Part shown: positions 1 to 13,026 of the stretch, piece by piece
Layout: every line of letters begins with the position of its first letter
Position numbering within the stretch: the stretch's first letter is position 1
Assembly: GCF_001194135.2 (NCBI RefSeq)
Contig: NC_068993.1
Location: 57,606,491 to 57,670,490 of the forward strand
Direction: 5' to 3'
Source: Octopus bimaculoides
Lineage: Eukaryota
DNA: 64,000 nt
Notes under the pieces: model-generated
Database searches by the model: none
Told to the model about the DNA's origin: nothing
The model's input: the letters and a program-made list of their open reading frames with translations, nothing else
Made by a program: the position numbers and the translations under genes

Positions 1-301
1 TATTAAAATACACAATTGCAAGTTATCTAATGTATATGCTTATATTCATACATGCGTGCGAATACTTGGATACTTGAATACATTGTATAGATTTGTAAGT
101 AAGTAAGTAAGTAGGTGTTTGCGGTGTAGTCGTGTGGCTTGAATGTTTGAAGATAAGTATAGATAAGTATTTCTGATGAGATATAACAAGCCAATTATTG
201 CTAGTGGTATCACGCATGGATAGCTGGAATAAAAATGAATGACAAGCCACAAAACACTTGATAGAACGAGAAGATAGTTGCATCACGACCAAACCACTAC
301 A

Positions 302-303
302 GC

Positions 304-334
<31 letters not shown>

Positions 335-660
335 GCAACAATAACTACAGCGACAAATAAATACACAACATTATGTGTATGTACATGTATGTGGTTGCGT
401 GTTTGTAAGTCTATGTGTGTATGTGTGTTTAGATACTTACAGGAATATATGTCAGCGAGTAATGAAGCCTGACGTTCAAAATACAACTCAATAAAACACA
501 GACACACACAGACACATAAGCAGACACACACACACACACACACACACGTACACATACACACGTACACACACACGTACACATACACAAACACACACACAAG
601 CACACATACATTCGCACACACACACAAACACACACACATATCCACACACACGCACGCGCG
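302..660. repeat. (ACA)n tract followed by (CA)n-rich microsatellite
   Basis: Direct: caa/aca trimers at 302-340 and a degenerate CA dinucleotide run at ~500-660. Confidence 0.9.
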
Positions 661-1215
661 CACAAATGCACACTTATGTATAAATACCATTATATACACA
701 AGCACACACGGCACTAACGTTTCCTCCTCTACCACCGCTCCGAGCAGCACCATCGCCGCCACCATCACCACCACCATCGCCGCCAACATCACCACTAGAA
801 TCCCAATTAAACGTTTCGCGTACACACATTCATACACATAAGGTAAACACAAATAAGTGAACATGACGAACATTTACTGTTAGATTCCGCCATGTGGCAA
901 CCTTCAACTGAAAAGAATTAGCTCCGATAATGTGAATACGGGCTGCACCTTCATCGATAAGGATCACATGCTGTTAGACAGACCATTGACAAATCAATTA
1001 ATCAATTGATTAATTAACTTAGTCATTAGCTAATTAATTGGTGATAAAACGGAAGTAAAATACAACGCGTGCGTGTGTTATAATTAGAAACATGACGATT
1101 TCAGCGTACAGCACTATCTACTTCAGCACACGATTTCACACCAGGAGTCTTGCAAAACAAAGGCAATAACAACAACAATAACGATAGCAACAACAACAAC
1201 AATGAAATTAATACT

Positions 1216-1385
1216 GATTTCAAGATTTGGCACAAGGCCAGCAATTTCAAAGGGAGCGGGTAAATCGATTATGTCGCCGCCAGTGAGCAACTGTTATTTA
1301 ATCGTATTTTCTCGTTTCCGAACGGATGAAAGCAAAGTCGACCTCGGCGGATTTTGATGTCAAAACATAAAGACGGAGGAAATGT
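1216..1385 (-). mobile_element. tRNA-derived SINE family A, 5'-truncated, type-2 tail
   Basis: Reverse complement of the family A body (ccgccgaggtcgactttgc-tttcatcc) and tail (ggccttgtgccaaa) seen at 31421 and 56223. Confidence 0.75.
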
Positions 1386-1397
1386 TTACTCGTCGAC

Positions 1398-1399
<2 letters not shown>

Positions 1400-1451
<52 letters not shown>

Positions 1452-1531
1452 GTAATAACAACAAAAACAACAACAACAACAACAACAACAATAATAATAA
1501 TAATAACAATAACAAAAAAAAAATAATAATA
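1400..1531. repeat. (AAT)n/(AAC)n microsatellite
   Basis: Direct trinucleotide runs. Confidence 0.95.
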
Positions 1532-1806
1532 GCAAAACACTTTCAATACAGTAAACATAAGAGCACCACAGCAAACCACAGCACATACCCAAGGCGCACA
1601 GAGCTGCGCTCGGTAGTGAAGTGAAAGCACGTTATAAAAATAAAACTACTGAACGATAATAATAATAATTATAATATTCATACGCAAAGCACTTTCAATA
1701 CAGTAACCATAAGAACATCACAGCAAACTACAGCACACACCTAAGGCATACAGACCTGCGCTCGGTAGTGAAGTGAAAGAACGTTATAAAACTACTGAAT
1801 AATAAT
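1532..1806 (+). mobile_element. Two tandem 5'-truncated non-LTR retrotransposon 3' ends, R4/Dong-like
   Basis: Two ~125-bp near-identical units (1532-1653, ~1679-1806). Each starts with the last codons of an ORF (KTLSIQ*/RKALSIQ*), continues through a shared 3' UTR and ends in (AAT)n. Clade assignment is from recall of R4/Dong C-termini. Confidence 0.55.
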
Positions 1807-2469
1807 ATTTTTTTTTACTAGTTTATTTTGTCTCTTTGTCTTCTCTCCTGGTACTGTATGACCATTTAATGTAGTTTTAGAGTCAAGTTTTGGCTGCTAG
1901 ATCTAGCACGGTGATATCTCTTAGATACCCTAAATTATAATTATATATATATATATATATATANNNNNNNNNNNNNNNNNNNNNNNNNNNNNNNNNNNNN
2001 NNNNNNNNNNNNNNNNNNNNNNNNNNNNNNNNNNNNNNNNNNNNNNNNNNNNNNNNNNNNNNNNNNNNNNNNNNNNNNNNNNNNNNNNNNNNNNNNNNNN
2101 NNNNNNNNNNNNNNNNNNNNNNNNNNNNNNNNNNNNNNNNNNNNNNNNNNNNNNNNNNNNNNNNNNNNNNNNNNNNNNNNNNNNNNNNNNNNNNNNNNNN
2201 NNNNNNNNNNNNNNNNNNNNNNNNNNNNNNNNNNNNNNNNNNNNNNNNNNNNNNNNNNNNNNNNNNNNNNNNNNNNNNNNNNNNNNNNNNNNNNNNNNNN
2301 NNNNNNNNNNNNNNNNNNNNNNNNNNNNNNNNNNNNNNNNNNNNNNNNNNNNNNNNNNNNNNNNNNNNNNNNNNNNNNNNNNNNNNNNNNNNNNNNNNNN
2401 NNNNNNNNNNNNNNNNNNNNNNNNNNNNNNNNNNNNNNNNNNNNNNNNNNNNNNNNNNNNNNNNNNNNA

Positions 2470-2525
<56 letters not shown>

Positions 2526-3075
2526 TCTGAGATGACGTGAACATGTTAGTCTGAAAGATTTTCATTCTACCCAGAAGATGGTGTGTTACCTCCTCATTCA
2601 TATTGACCCAGAAAACCGAAGTAAGCCGAGTCTCTCGAGAAAGTATCTGAAAGTGATATATTTATCATCTGCTCTTTTATCATACATTATATTCCTCACG
2701 TTATTAGTCATTCCTCTCTTTCAATCTATCCCTTTATCACTCCATCATCTTGCTCCTGCCCCTCTCTCTCTACCATACATTCTTAGTCTTTCACACATAT
2801 TTCTTTCACGTTCTATTAGACTTTATAGTCACGTGCCCACCATCCTTCAGCACACGAATACAAACAAAAGTACATACATACGGACCGGAGAGATTCACAG
2901 TGGTTGTTCGACCTATTAGGAACAGCAACTAAATTTCCCCACCAATTAAGCTTGCCGTATTAAGTAAGGAAACGATACATGAGACATTGTACAGTTATAT
3001 ATTTAAGAGATGAGGAATTATGTACATTATTTACGTTATTTACATTTGATGGATATTTCGCCTCATCTTGTTTGT

Positions 3076-3117
3076 TAACCCAACGTTTCGTCTGATATAG
3101 CCTCCAACCTTCATCAG
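3076..3117 (-). ncRNA. Degenerate minimal hammerhead ribozyme motif
   Basis: Minus strand reads CTGATGA-a-ggttg(gaggctatat)cagac-GAAA-cgtt-gggtt. Homologous to the 63-kb motif, but stem II has a mismatch and the stem I 5' strand is lost. Confidence 0.55.
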
Positions 3118-3121
3118 CTTT

Positions 3122-3213
3122 ATCTTCTTCTTCTTCTTCTTCTTCTTCTTCTTCTTCTTCTTCTTCTTCTTCTTCTTCTTCTTCTTCTTCTTCTTCTTCT
3201 TCTNNNNNNNNNN

Positions 3214-3248
<35 letters not shown>

Positions 3249-3260
3249 GTTATTATTATT
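3122..3260. repeat. (TCT)n and (TTA)n microsatellites separated by a 10-N gap
   Basis: Direct. Confidence 0.95.
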
Positions 3261-4091
3261 CAAGTCACTGCCTGGAATCGAACTCGGAATCTTGGGGTTG
3301 GTAACCCACGCTGTTAAGAAGCAACACATATGCTAGGATACAACAACTTCCTAAGCAGACCGAGTGCAGATATGAATAGCATATGGGAGCCGGTATTAAT
3401 GACGGAAAGGAGAATTTTAGATTTGTAAGCCCTAAAATTCACTCCAGAATTGCCCACGGACATATCGCATAGTGGTTATGAGCGCGGGTCAATAAACCTA
3501 AGATTCCGAGTTCGATTTAAGGCTGTGACCTGAACAACAACAACAACAATAATAATAATAATAATAATAACTTAGAAAAAAAACCTTAGGAATGAGAATT
3601 TTGTTCTCAACTATTTACTCTTGTTGAGCGAGATGAGCTTTCTGGAAGAGCAACTGAACACGGCCAGAAGCGAATTATTTCACGAGTGAGAAGATTGCAC
3701 AAAGTGCATTTCTTTTGGGTTTTTTTTAAAATCCTTATAAAATATGTTTTCCCTTAGATAGGTATATAGTACTTAACGAGTTGCTTAAGATGTATTTGAA
3801 ACAAATAATTTGTCTTCTCGTTTATTTAAGATAAAGAACCAGAGGTATTTTGCTATTTCTAATATGTAGAAAACCTACATATTGATCCTCTTGTTTGCTG
3901 TTTTGAAGAGTAGTCAATGTTTGTGACAATATAACCCATAAGTTCAAACATTCATATACCTGCTAGATGTATATCAGTACATGAACACTATCTTAATTTT
4001 GTTTCAGAAATATAACATTATTATTGCTATTGCATTTAACATTTACAAAAATTCTTCTCTAAGTGCATTAACGTCACTTAACCATTATCTA

Positions 4092-4190
4092 AATTATTGG
4101 GAGCGATTCCAGGCTCTCAAATTCCTCAACTTCGTACAACAATGAAGACAGCCATATACGTCATGATTTGCATCTGGAAGATTTTGCAGG
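4092..4190 (+). mobile_element. Old CR1/L2-type LINE ORF2 C-terminal fragment
   Basis: Translates NYWERFQALKFLNFVQQ* then, after a frameshift, YVMICIWKILQ. Matches NYRERLKALGLYSLERRRERYVIIYIWKILE at 16045. Confidence 0.5.
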
Positions 4191-5175
4191 TCAATCTACT
4201 GAATTTAGTTATAAACTATCAGTTTTAAAGAAGAGAGCAAGGAGAAAATGTCAGTTGCCAACGTCTTCATTAGCTGACAATCGAGTGAGAAGATAATATT
4301 ACACTATATTACAATAGTCCTCTCTTCACAAGATGCGGTTTATTTGATTCCTTACGTAAAGAAGTCAGGAAATTGACAAAGGGCCTGGTTGAATATTTTG
4401 AACAACACATGGGCAAGGTTAATTCCCCATCATCAGTCTTTCTTAGAACTTTCGTCTCAAATAGGTCAACAACAGTGTCGAAGATCCTCAGGCAAATCGC
4501 TCATACATCAACTACACACATACACATACAGACACATAAACAAACACCTACATACTCATACACGGGCGCGGGAACTCACACACAGTGTTATGAGCTGATA
4601 TAAGCATATGTATCATCTGCGCTTATACGTCATATCAATACATTCATATACAATCCTACACTGATATATATGGATAGAGACTAGGGGAGAGAGAATGAGA
4701 AGCGCAGCGTTAGGATGATATGGACGAGACAGATATGGGAAACTCTGTTTTTAAAACAGGTTTATTTTTGGAGGATAGAAAATAGTTTAATTCATTGTCT
4801 AGTGAAATCCGGAATGTGTCGATGTTTTAAAAATCACCTGGAGATATATACCCTTCCGTAGTTCGGACCAGCCATTTATCTGTATGCTATAATTCGAAAT
4901 GAGGTGGTTGAGCGAGTCTGTTTAGAGGCTGAGAATTTAGCACAGATGATCGGATATTCTAAACTGTCTTTGGTGATAGTACATTTTGGCACTGGAGGTA
5001 AACACATGCACGCGAATGGAAACACGCGTAAGACTATACAGGCATAAATAGAGAAAATAAGAAAGAAATATTGAGTGAGAAGGAAAGAGAGAGAGAGAGA
5101 GAAAGAGAGAGACTAAATTTATTAATTGATCACGATTAACATTAACATTACTCCTGTCAAACACAGAGCTATGCT

Positions 5176-5176
<1 letters not shown>

Positions 5177-5212
<36 letters not shown>

Positions 5213-5330
5213 GGACACATACATACATGCACACATACATACATACATACATACATACACACATACACACATACATACATACATACATACATACATACAT
5301 ACATACATACAGAGAGAGAGAGAGAAAGAA
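5177..5330. repeat. Compound (CA)n-(CATA)n-(GA)n microsatellite
   Basis: Direct. Confidence 0.95.
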
Positions 5331-7654
5331 AGCGGTGGAGAGAACGAGAGAAGCATTAGACAGGAGAAACAGTATAATGTCTGATGACAAATATAGCAGC
5401 GTCGAATCAGTGATGGCAAACTGTCGGCGGTGAAACGGCTGTAGCAAAAAAGAACTCATATCCAATAAAACTAGTACAAAAACTCCGCCATTAATTTAGT
5501 GTTTCAATAAATACAAGCAAATAAACACATTACGAAACCAGAAACACGAACTTCAGGTTTCTCTCGATAATGTTCCCGAGGGGTTTCAAATCCCAATAAC
5601 AAATAAAAACGAAGAAATTCAAAACCAAAAGAGCCATATTTTTCTTGTTCCTCTGGTAGTTAAGTGACTGGCAAAGCGCTAGCTTCTTATCCATGAGAGA
5701 AGATAGAGTTTGTTAAATACAGCTTTATGGAATATTATTATCCGTTAAATAATTAATTTACTTCCAGCCACGTTCCAGTCGCTCTATGAGATATCTTGTC
5801 TCGGTAATTTACTGTGACTAATTGACAAAGCATTTGTTCATTATATGGTTAAAATTGCGCATAAATCTCGTTGTAACTCAATCTATGGGGAAATTATCGA
5901 TTGTTTTACATTGAATTTAACATATTTGAATTGGCTTAGGTCTTAAGCCACTGTAGCCGGTCTACCAGAACACTTCATTTGACACTTTGAGTGATTAAAT
6001 CATAAAAATATCGGTTATATTTAATTATATTTTGACATTTTTTGTTTTTGGTATTTTCTTCTCTTTTGTTAAGCGTTTAAAAATCATGCATAAATATGCT
6101 TCGTAATTAATTTTATGTGAACATAACCCAAATTCCTATTATTAAATTCGTTTGATTTTGTTTTATTCGTTTATATGAACTGAAGGGTCTATTAAAAATT
6201 AATTAATTATATCTGAATTTTGATGAGAGTATTAGAAAGACGCTCTGGCTACCTACTCCGACATTTCTGATACGAAACAGAAATTATTTAGTTTAGATTA
6301 ACAATAATAATCTTCATATGTTAGCATCGCATTCTGAGGAAATTGTTTCGTGGGCTTTGGCACATGTTTCCATCAACAATACTTCAATTTCCTGTTCTAT
6401 ATCAAACCATATTTCTCGCCATAAGGTTATAATATCATCTTGTGTACGAATGTATACTTCAATTCATGGATTCACCACTGTACTGCTTTTGAGTTATCTA
6501 CCCTAAGAGAAGGAGAGAAAGAGGGAGAGGGAGAGAGTAACATACACATGCAAACATACACACACACACATACACGTATATATGCGTGTATGTGTATGTT
6601 TGTATGTATGTATGTATATATGTATGTGTATATGTATGTATGTATGTATAGATAGATAGATGTGTACTTAAATATATTGCATATATACTTGGGGCCAGAA
6701 GTTTGGAATAATCTTTTAATATTTAAAATTATGCCTATGTACGATTCGATTCAAATATATACAATGTAGAGAGATATTTACCTGATAATTTTCAGACATT
6801 TGTTACGAGCTTTTTGGCCCAGTAATAATATATTTGAAATTAAACATTACTTTGGCGGCAATTCGTATAAACATTCTAATTTTCCAGACTAATGTACCAA
6901 ACTTTTAGGCACGACTGTACATACATATTAATATATACATGTTTATACAAACATACGCAAATATTAACGCTTTGATGTTCAGACAGGCACACACATATGT
7001 ATATATAAAATTCTATCTACCTGAGTTACTATTTGGAATAACTTGACCCTGGTTGCCTACATACGTATAATAAGTGCGTGTGTGTGAGTATGAATAATTA
7101 AATAAATAAATCCTACTTATAGTGGTTTCCTTTAACATTTAGTTTTATATGGGACGTTATTATGCTGAGGACTGATTTAAGAGGTCTTCTGAACGGGTTT
7201 TAGTTAGGATTCTAAATGGTTAATTAGCGTAAGTATCACCGCTTTTGATATTGAGTCGTAGTGGTCATTGAGTGTAAAGTAAGTTTTTATGATTATTTAA
7301 TTAGCTTTGTATAGAAATGCTGAGAATGATGATGTCGATGATGATCACGGTGATCATCTTGATGTCGATGGTGATAGGCAATAATGATCATAATTAATAT
7401 AGAGAATGGAGTAGATGTTGCTGGTAATAACACTGGTGGGAGTAGAGTTAGGTTGGTGGCGATGTCAACAAGGAGAAGTATTGTGAGGCCGTGATAACAA
7501 TTAAATAGACAGAAGATTGTCACCTGAATCAGGTGTAAAACCATAGATTAGTTCGGTAAAAATTGATGAGCTAAAAACGGAGATGATAACATGACTGTCT
7601 GTATATGCGTTTCTTTTCTTGCTGCTGGTGTTATCACTGTTGATGCTGTTATTG

Positions 7655-7718
<64 letters not shown>

Positions 7719-7752
7719 CATTATTATTATTATTTTTATTATTATTATCATC
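7655..7752. repeat. (ATT)n microsatellite
   Basis: Direct. Confidence 0.95.
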
Positions 7753-7999
7753 ACTCTTGCTTTTGTTTTAGCATTTGTTAAATTCATTACAATAAAGAAC
7801 GTGTCATTTAAATATTCTTGAAGTAAAATACAACACATACGAACTGATGAGCAGAAGAAGAATGAAACACAGTGGTGATGGTGGTGGTGGGGGTAGAGAG
7901 AAAAAAGTGGGGAAGCAAGCACAAATGCAACAATTACATACGAATTCTAATAAGCACCTACACATCGACACGGGAAATAGACGCACCCACGCACAAATA

Positions 8000-8715
8000 C
8001 ACACATACACACATACGTACATGCATGCATACATACATGCATATATACTAATATCCATTCATGCATACATACATGCGTACATACACATATACATACGTAC
8101 ATACGTACTTACATACATATATACATACATACATGCATACGTACTTACATACACGCATACGAACTTATATACGTGCATGCACACATACTTAGATACAAAC
8201 ATACATATATACATACATGCTTTCATGCATTGATACATACATGCATACCTACACACATACATACATGCATACATACATACATACACACATACATTCATTC
8301 ATACATACATGCATACGTACTTACACACATCCATTCATTCATATATATGCATACGTACACACATACATTCACTGATAAATGCATGTATACATACATACAT
8401 ACACACATACATTCATTCATACATACGTGCATACATACACACATACATTCGTTGATACATACATACATACATACATGCATGCATACATACACACATACAT
8501 TCATTCGTGCATACATGAATTCATACATATATGCATTNNNNNNNNNNGTGCATACATACACACATACATTCGTTGATACATACATACATACATACATACA
8601 TACATGCATACCTACACACATACATTCATTCGTGCATACATGAATTCATACATATATGCATTCATGCATACATACATACATACATACATACATACATACA
8701 TACATGCATACATAT
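8000..8715. repeat. Degenerate (CATA)n-based simple-repeat array with higher-order reiteration
   Basis: Direct: recurring blocks such as catacatacacacatacattc and gttgatacatacatac; contains a 10-N gap. Confidence 0.9.
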
Positions 8716-9424
8716 TTAGCCACGCAGGCAAAACTACATGCATGCACACAATGCCTACATAACCGCACAAATACATACCCCAGCATCCGAAAGAAAATAA
8801 ATGAACTACAGTACAGGAGAAGACAAAGAACAAGTAAAAGAAAGAAGATAATTTCTGGAAAGTTTGATGAGAAAGAGATTGCTATCTTCTGAGAGATTTA
8901 ATAATCTGATGAGAAAATTAGGTGCTCCGAGGTTACACATGTGCGTGTGTGTGTGTGTATGTGAACTCATGTGAGTGCGTGTGTCTGTGTATGTGTATTA
9001 TTGCGTCTCCGCTTGCAAGTCTCTACGTGAGAACGAGTTAATTTGTGTGGGTTTTCTCCGTACGTATGTGCAAACCATCTGTATTTGTGTATATGTGTTA
9101 ATTTCTGTCTACGTGTAAGTATGTGTGCGTGTGTGTGAGTTTTGAGTGTGATATACTTACCTGCATGCGTGTNNNNNNNNNNTGTGTAATATGAGTACGT
9201 CGCGTAAAGCAGGGTGCTTGCGCATGTATGTGTATACGAAAACGTCTTCACTCGCAGTTGCGTATGCGAGTGTGTGCGTGTTTGGGTGTGTGTGTGTGTA
9301 CCTGTGTGTGTACGTGTGTATGTGGCTGTGGTGAAGCAAAACGGCAAATACAACCCATGTAGGATAAACGAAAAGATGATGCACAATCAGTTCTATGAAC
9401 AAGTATCATAAACTTACGCACACG

Positions 9425-9456
<32 letters not shown>

Positions 9457-9906
9457 CATACATACATACATCAACACCAACATAAAACAGAGACACACTC
9501 TCTCTCACGCACGCACACGCACACAGATATACTCAGACACACATTTGCTCAAATAAAGATCACTGTAAAGTTGAACAACACTTTCTAATTATAACGGATA
9601 GATTAGATGAGTCAATACGTACGTACATATATATATATATATATGAGTGTGTTTATGTATATGTTTGGGAAGTGTAGGTGAAAGAGAGATTGACTGAGAG
9701 AGTGAAAGAGAGAGAGAAAGAGAGAGAGAAAGCGTAATAATGGCGACTACTAAGAAATAAACCGAATGACCACGACTCCAGCATGGCCGGACAGCAGAGC
9801 TTTTGAAATAGTGCTGTAGCTACACGTTCAATATATACATGCATGAAAAATACACCCACACACGCATATAAACGCGCACACGTACACAAGCACAAACATC
9901 CATACA

Positions 9907-9946
<40 letters not shown>

Positions 9947-10861
9947 CATATATATATACATATATATAGAGAGAGAATTCACAAAAAAACAACAACAGGC
10001 GAAAACTGGTGGTGTAGAAAACAAATAGATGTATTAGTATCCATCCACCACATACAGAACTGACACGCACGCACCCAACGAATTTTAACATACAAACAGT
10101 TTTCAAAACGCAACGATTAACTTTCATACCAGGGATCATGTACGTATGGGAATATTTGTGTATACATATATGTATGTATGTACGTATGTGTGAAGGGATA
10201 GATATATATATATGGGTATATTTTCCCCTCACATGTGGTGGCAGTGACCTGACTATTTTGGTGTGCATGTGCAGCCATCTGTGTATGTGCATCTGGACAC
10301 ACATATGTAGTCATCTATCTATGCTTTTGTATCCATAGATATTTACGTATGGTTATGTACACAGGCACAGGCATGTGTATTGGAGTGTTTATAACTATTT
10401 ATATGGTTTCATATACAGCTTGTAGGCTTTTTACGTGCCTTATATTTTTATATTTTCATTTTTCATTTATTTTTATTTTTACTTTATTCTTATTTTATAT
10501 TTTTATTGAATTTTGTAAATCTCTGAAGAGGCCTAGCGAATCATGCATGTACCCCCATTACATCATTTTCATCTGCTAATTACTCCGGCACACAGGAGCT
10601 ATAGAGATAGAATGGGGCTTGCCAACGCTAGGCCGTAAAAGCTGTAAGTTTCTGTACATTCTCCAATTGCTAAATATACTTTATATTTGTAACCTTAATT
10701 GTTAATATGACATGGTATGTCATAAGCATCTGTATATTGTGGTTTTGGTCATTTTAGTTGTAAAATAAACAAATTAATCAACGGAATACATTGTATGCAA
10801 GTCGATGGATACCGCATATTCTCCTCCATTTTCTCATTACTATATATATATATATATGCGA

Positions 10862-10925
<64 letters not shown>

Positions 10926-12986
10926 ATTTGGGGACGGTCATATTGCCAGTTTAGCCAATAAAAACACACACACTATACACTTGGTGTTAATTTGCTTCAG
11001 CTTTATTTTATATTTATCGTATTTCCGCCAGAGTTCTTTCGTCACACTTCTGTGACCTCATCGGTGGTCCTTTGCTTTCTTCTTTCTTATGTGTGTGTCT
11101 TTCCTTACTAACAATCAGCCATTTTGTATTTTGGATTCCTATTTATGTGTCTTTATTTGCGCATGCGTATCCCCCTATGTGTGTCTATGTTTAGTAAGTG
11201 CGCGTGTGTGTGTATAGGAAGTGCTTGTATTATCTGTATCCCCTGTTTATATACGTTCGTTTAATTTGTTTTTATTTATTTTTATTCATATAAAATTTTA
11301 TTTATATAAAAAGACATGAAATAATAAATTTTACAAATGCCTTTGGTCTGCGTCGTCAGGACATGTTTTATTTATTTAGTAAAATCGATAAACAGTGAAA
11401 AATGAACTTGCCGTGTGGAGTGTAAAATTTAACTTCGGAAAAAGCCCCTCTTCAAAGAACATTGATACATACTCATGCGCACATACTTAAATGTAACAAT
11501 CGAAGTACAAGAGTTTATCCCATCTAAGCACATGATAAGAATTTCGGCCCATTCAGGAGTTTGCAGAGATCAGTTTAAAATTATTGACTCTATCTCTAAA
11601 AAATCAGGCAACGAACATTCCACCCCGTTTTTATTGAAGTCCGTAGTGAGAATGGCGAGAGGAAACGTTCTATGAAAGACATTAAATTTTGGCACAGTTT
11701 ATAGTGAATCTCGTTGAAAATATATAAAAATCATTACGTTTGGCCATTCAAACTTGGTTCAGTGTATTAAGAGAGAAATGATTACAGAGTAAAAGAGAGA
11801 TAGGGAAAAAAGAGAATGGAAAAAGGAAGAGAGAGTGAATGAATAGAAAGTCGATGCAAGATAAAGAGGAGGAAAGGAAGAAAATAAAGAGAGAAGGAAG
11901 AAAATGAAAAGAGCAAGAGAGAGCAAGAAAGGGAGAAGAGAGAATTAAAGAGGAACAAAGTGATAAGAAGTGAGAGATGAGCCTATTGCATGTTAACTTC
12001 AGTGATAAAGGAATCATCGTAAAACAAATTGATTTAATGGAAATTTTCAGGGAATAATGCATTCTCAGGGAAATAAAGAAACTTTCAGGGGAAATAAAAA
12101 TATATTGTGGGAAATAAAACTGTTTTCAGGGAATTAAAAATATTTTCAGGAATAAAATATAGTTTTAGGTGATTAATAAAGATATTTTAAAGATAATTTT
12201 ATTTAAATCGTAACTGCTGTTTTCCGAATGGTTAAATTAATGGTCTTCTTTTCATTTCAAATATTAATTTTTAGCAATTCGTTATGAACGGTGGATGTTG
12301 AATGCTGAAAGTTCATCAAGGAAGGAGAAAATATGACAGCCATGCTGTTAGTTTGATTAATGACATTGTTATTCATGTTTCTGGGCCAGTGCCAAATAAA
12401 TATGAGAAATCGATCTCCAGAGAATCGACTGATAAAGCATAATCATTTTTCATAGGGGTAAGATTTGACGTTTCCAAAGTTTGCTTCACTATCTCCTTGG
12501 CTCTCAGCCTCTCCAACTCTATAAGATAATTCTATGTTAGCAGCGTATACTTTGCAGCTAATCGAGAAATGTGCCGATTTGGGAATATTTTCATATGCTG
12601 AGTAAGGGCATTGGCGTGCGGAAGCGAAGGTTCGGGTTCCAGGTTCAATTCAATTTCATTGTAAGTTACGCTACGCGAAAAGAGTCATTTGGTCGATAGA
12701 AACGGCGAGGAATCCCTCCACGTGTATATGTCTACATATGTATATATGTTTATATGTTTGTATATACGAGTATGAATGTGTGAATTGTATATGTGCGTTT
12801 GCGTGTAACCACATGTGAATCGTTGGGGAGTCTTTCCCTCTGTCTTCCTTTTCTACTGGATTTTGCTCGAAATGTAAAACCACCTTTCTTTCCTTCCCTG
12901 AGAGTCTGCTAATATTTTACATGTACCACATCCTCGCGTTGTTATTTTTATGTGTTTTTTCTACGTTATATTTGATTTGCTATATA

Positions 12987-13026
<40 letters not shown>

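Larger units (their letters stand above)
2990..3600. mobile_element. Head-to-head dimer of tRNA-headed, hammerhead-bearing element
   Basis: Minus-strand unit: tail/HHR 2990-3117, (GAA)n/gap/(TAA)n, head 3259-3317. Spacer ~3318-3455. Plus-strand head 3458-3534, (AAC/AAT)n, linker start ccttaggaatgagaa. The two heads match at 47/59 nt in inverted orientation; B box gagttcgatt is present in both. Confidence 0.7.

Noticed and set aside
878-970. Minus-strand 93-nt AG...GT segment encoding HVILIDEGAARIHIIGANSFQLKVATWRNLT
   Set aside because: Splice signals are only moderate, no family is recognised and there are no partner exons; such segments are expected by chance in 64 kb.
2575-2620. 46-nt plus-strand segment with good acceptor and GTAAGC donor
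   Set aside because: Too short to assess and no recognisable peptide.
3458-3534. tRNA-like heads (here and in SINE families A-D) as real tRNA genes
   Set aside because: They lack complete cloverleaf pairing and are followed by SINE bodies, so they are treated as SINE promoters.
6313-6466. Protein-like minus-strand frame IEVYIRTQDDIITLWREIWFDIEQEIEVLLMETC...
   Set aside because: In-frame stops lie between it and the upstream pyrimidine-rich acceptor; no homology is recognised.
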